Source: Candidatus Pelagibacterales bacterium
GTDB lineage: Bacteria > Pseudomonadota > Alphaproteobacteria > Pelagibacterales > Pelagibacteraceae
Direction: 5' to 3'
DNA: 64,000 nt
Assembly: GCA_965235975.1 (NCBI GenBank)
Contig: CBDDZZ010000002.1
Span: 208,202-272,201 of the forward strand
Below, one piece after another: positions 62,297-64,000 of this stretch; position 1 is the stretch's first letter, and each line of letters starts with the position of its first letter. The notes under the pieces were generated by a model. It did no database searches, was not told where the DNA came from, and was given only the letters and a program-made list of their open reading frames with translations. A program made the translations under genes and the position numbers.

Positions 62297-62791
62297 ATGC
62301 TTAACACTTTAAAAGATTTTTTTACCCTTGAAATGATTTATCATTTCACAAATATTGGGGTTATTCCGCTCTGGATCCTTTTAGCTTTTTTACCAGGCTG
62401 GAGTGGAACTAAAGTTTTAATAAATAGTATACTAGTTCCATTAATCCTTGGGCTTACCTATTTTTACGTTTTTTATATTTATATAAATACATCGGAGGGA
62501 ATATTTTCTAATATTCTTGATAAAGGAAAAATATTTGAGCTTTATTTGGGAATTGATCAGCTTAAAAAAATCTTTAGTGATAAAAACGTTTTGTTATTAT
62601 TTTGGATCCATTTCTTGACTGCAAATCTAATACTGGGTGCATGGATTGCAACAGATGCTGCTAAAAATAAAGCTCTACAATTTATTGTCTTAGTGCCGCT
62701 CGTTCTTACTTATTTTGCAGGACCTATTGGACTTGGGGTTTATTTAATATTAAGACTACTCGCTGCACAAAAATTTAAATTATTTGATTAA
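62297..62791 (+). CDS. ABA4-like (DUF4281) membrane protein
   Basis: PLWILLAFLP, WIHFLTANL, GPIGL. Confidence 0.8.
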   Translation: MLNTLKDFFTLEMIYHFTNIGVIPLWILLAFLPGWSGTKVLINSILVPLILGLTYFYVFYIYINTSEGIFSNILDKGKIFELYLGIDQLKKIFSDKNVLLLFWIHFLTANLILGAWIATDAAKNKALQFIVLVPLVLTYFAGPIGLGVYLILRLLAAQKFKLFD

Positions 62792-62826
62792 GTCTTTATA
62801 GCTTATAATTTATTTCAGAGTTATAA

Positions 62827-63421
62827 ATGTCTATGAAGAAAATAGATTTCTATTTTGATTTTGGAAGTCCTTATTCATATCTTGCTCACACCCAAATAAA
62901 AAAATTTGAAAAAGAAACTGGCGAAAAAGTAAATTACATGCCGGTTTTGGTAGGCGGTCTCCATAAGTTAGCTGGAATTACAGCTCCAGCATTTATTCCA
63001 CTCAAAGCAAAATACTTAATCAAAGACTGCAAACTTTGGGCTGATAAATATAAAGTTAAATATCAATTCAACAGATACTTTCCTATAAAGATCTCTTAAT
63101 CTAATGAGAGCTGCACTCGTTGCTCAGAAAGATAATTTTTTTAGATCTTTTGTAGACAAAGCATTTACTGCAACTTGGGTTGACTCAATGAATATGAATG
63201 ATGAAGAAGTTTTTTCAAAATTTATAAAAAACCAAGACATAAATTCTGATTTATTCTCACTTAAAGTATAATGATCCTGTAATTAAAAATGAACTTATTA
63301 AAAGAACCGATGACTCATTTGCAACAGGGAGTTTTTGGTGTTCCAACATTTGTGGTGAATGGAAAACTGTTCTGGGGACAGGATCAGATTAGAGTTTGCA
63401 CTTAATGAAGCTAAAAAATAA
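62827..63421 (+). CDS. 2-hydroxychromene-2-carboxylate isomerase / GST-kappa (DsbA fold); several indels
   Basis: DFYFDFGSPYSYLA; GVFGVPTFVVNGKLFWGQD in a shifted frame. Confidence 0.85.
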
Positions 63422-63829
63422 TTATTTTTTCTTAACCTCTACTAACTTTAAAGCCTAGATTTTCCTTTAAAGCTCCAAATCCACCTTTAACGTGAGCATA
63501 CATTGGTGAAACCCCATTTCTTTTAAAGATTTTGGTAGCAAGAGCAGATCTCATTCCCTGAGCACAAAATAATATTTTATCTTTTATCAATTGAAAATTT
63601 CTCTCTTAGTAATAAGGGCTGCTCAGGATCTAGCCAAAACTCTAAGCATTCCTCTTGGAATATGTTTGACGCTCTCAATGGTCCCATCCCTCCATAACTC
63701 TCTAATATCTCTAATATCAATTAAAATTGCATTTTCATTTTCAATTCTAGATTTTGTCATCTTCTGGGGTTAAAGTCTCGATATCTTTAAAACTTTATCA
63801 ACAAGATCTTTTGCTGAAGTAATTTTCAT
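63422..63829 (-). CDS. Rhodanese-like domain protein; several indels
   Basis: LIDIRDIRELWRDGTIESVKHIPRGMLRV, IFCAQG, RSALAT, HVKGGFGAL across frames. Confidence 0.8.
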
Positions 63830-63869
63830 AGAACTTAATATATAAATAATTAAAGTAATATTATCCTAT

Positions 63870-64000
63870 ATGAAAATACAAAAAAATAATCAAAAAAGTT
63901 TCCTAAAAATAATTTTTATAAAAATTTGTAGACTTTTAAATTTTGAAATTATTGATCAATCAGACTTTACGGTCCCAACTCTTAAAAAAAGATTAAATGA
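63870..64000 (+). CDS. 5' end of an ORF running off the window (function unassigned)
   Basis: MKIQKNNQKSFLKIIFIKICRLLNFEIIDQSDFTVPTLKKRLN, open to the edge. Confidence 0.6.
   Translation, partial: MKIQKNNQKSFLKIIFIKICRLLNFEIIDQSDFTVPTLKKRLN

Noticed and set aside
518-63773. Overlapping or antisense ORFs in the track (e.g. 518-730, 824-1465, 1755-1985, 3122-3619, 8052-8378, 48284-48886, 63591-63773)
   Set aside because: They are shadows of well-supported genes or tRNAs and carry no motifs of their own
1-64000. CRISPR array, rRNA, IS element, prophage or defence island
   Set aside because: No repeat-spacer periodicity, rRNA sequence, transposase, integrase, phage structural gene or recognisable defence domain seen

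Overview
A very AT-rich, tightly packed chromosome segment that looks like a streamlined alphaproteobacterium of the SAR11/Pelagibacterales type (inferred from gene content, order and tiny intergenic gaps). It is mostly housekeeping: nusG-secE-tuf, nine CCA-encoding tRNAs (all on the minus strand), tig-clpPX-lon, glnA, parE, purBCSQL, cysS/nadE/cimA, glmS, prpBC, nrdAB, rpoZ, mnmA, cysQ and recX. I see no CRISPR array, integrase, transposase or prophage. Many genes carry small indels, mostly +1 insertions, that look like long-read assembly errors. Most interesting signals: (1) a TRAP transporter plus malonyl-CoA decarboxylase operon with a divergent YfdE/UctC-like CoA-transferase and no matB, suggesting a malonate pathway that needs no ATP for activation; (2) an unannotated 27-aa, highly basic ORF resembling a tiny ribosomal protein; (3) NrdR boxes plus a perfect alphaproteobacterial LexA box upstream of nrdA; (4) six tRNAs whose 3' ends lie 5-13 nt from the next start codon; (5) a tRNA-Val(GAC) with C33; (6) an acetyltransferase-only GlmU; (7) a His-rich insert in trigger factor. 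All functional calls come from recognising motifs by eye; no database searches were run.
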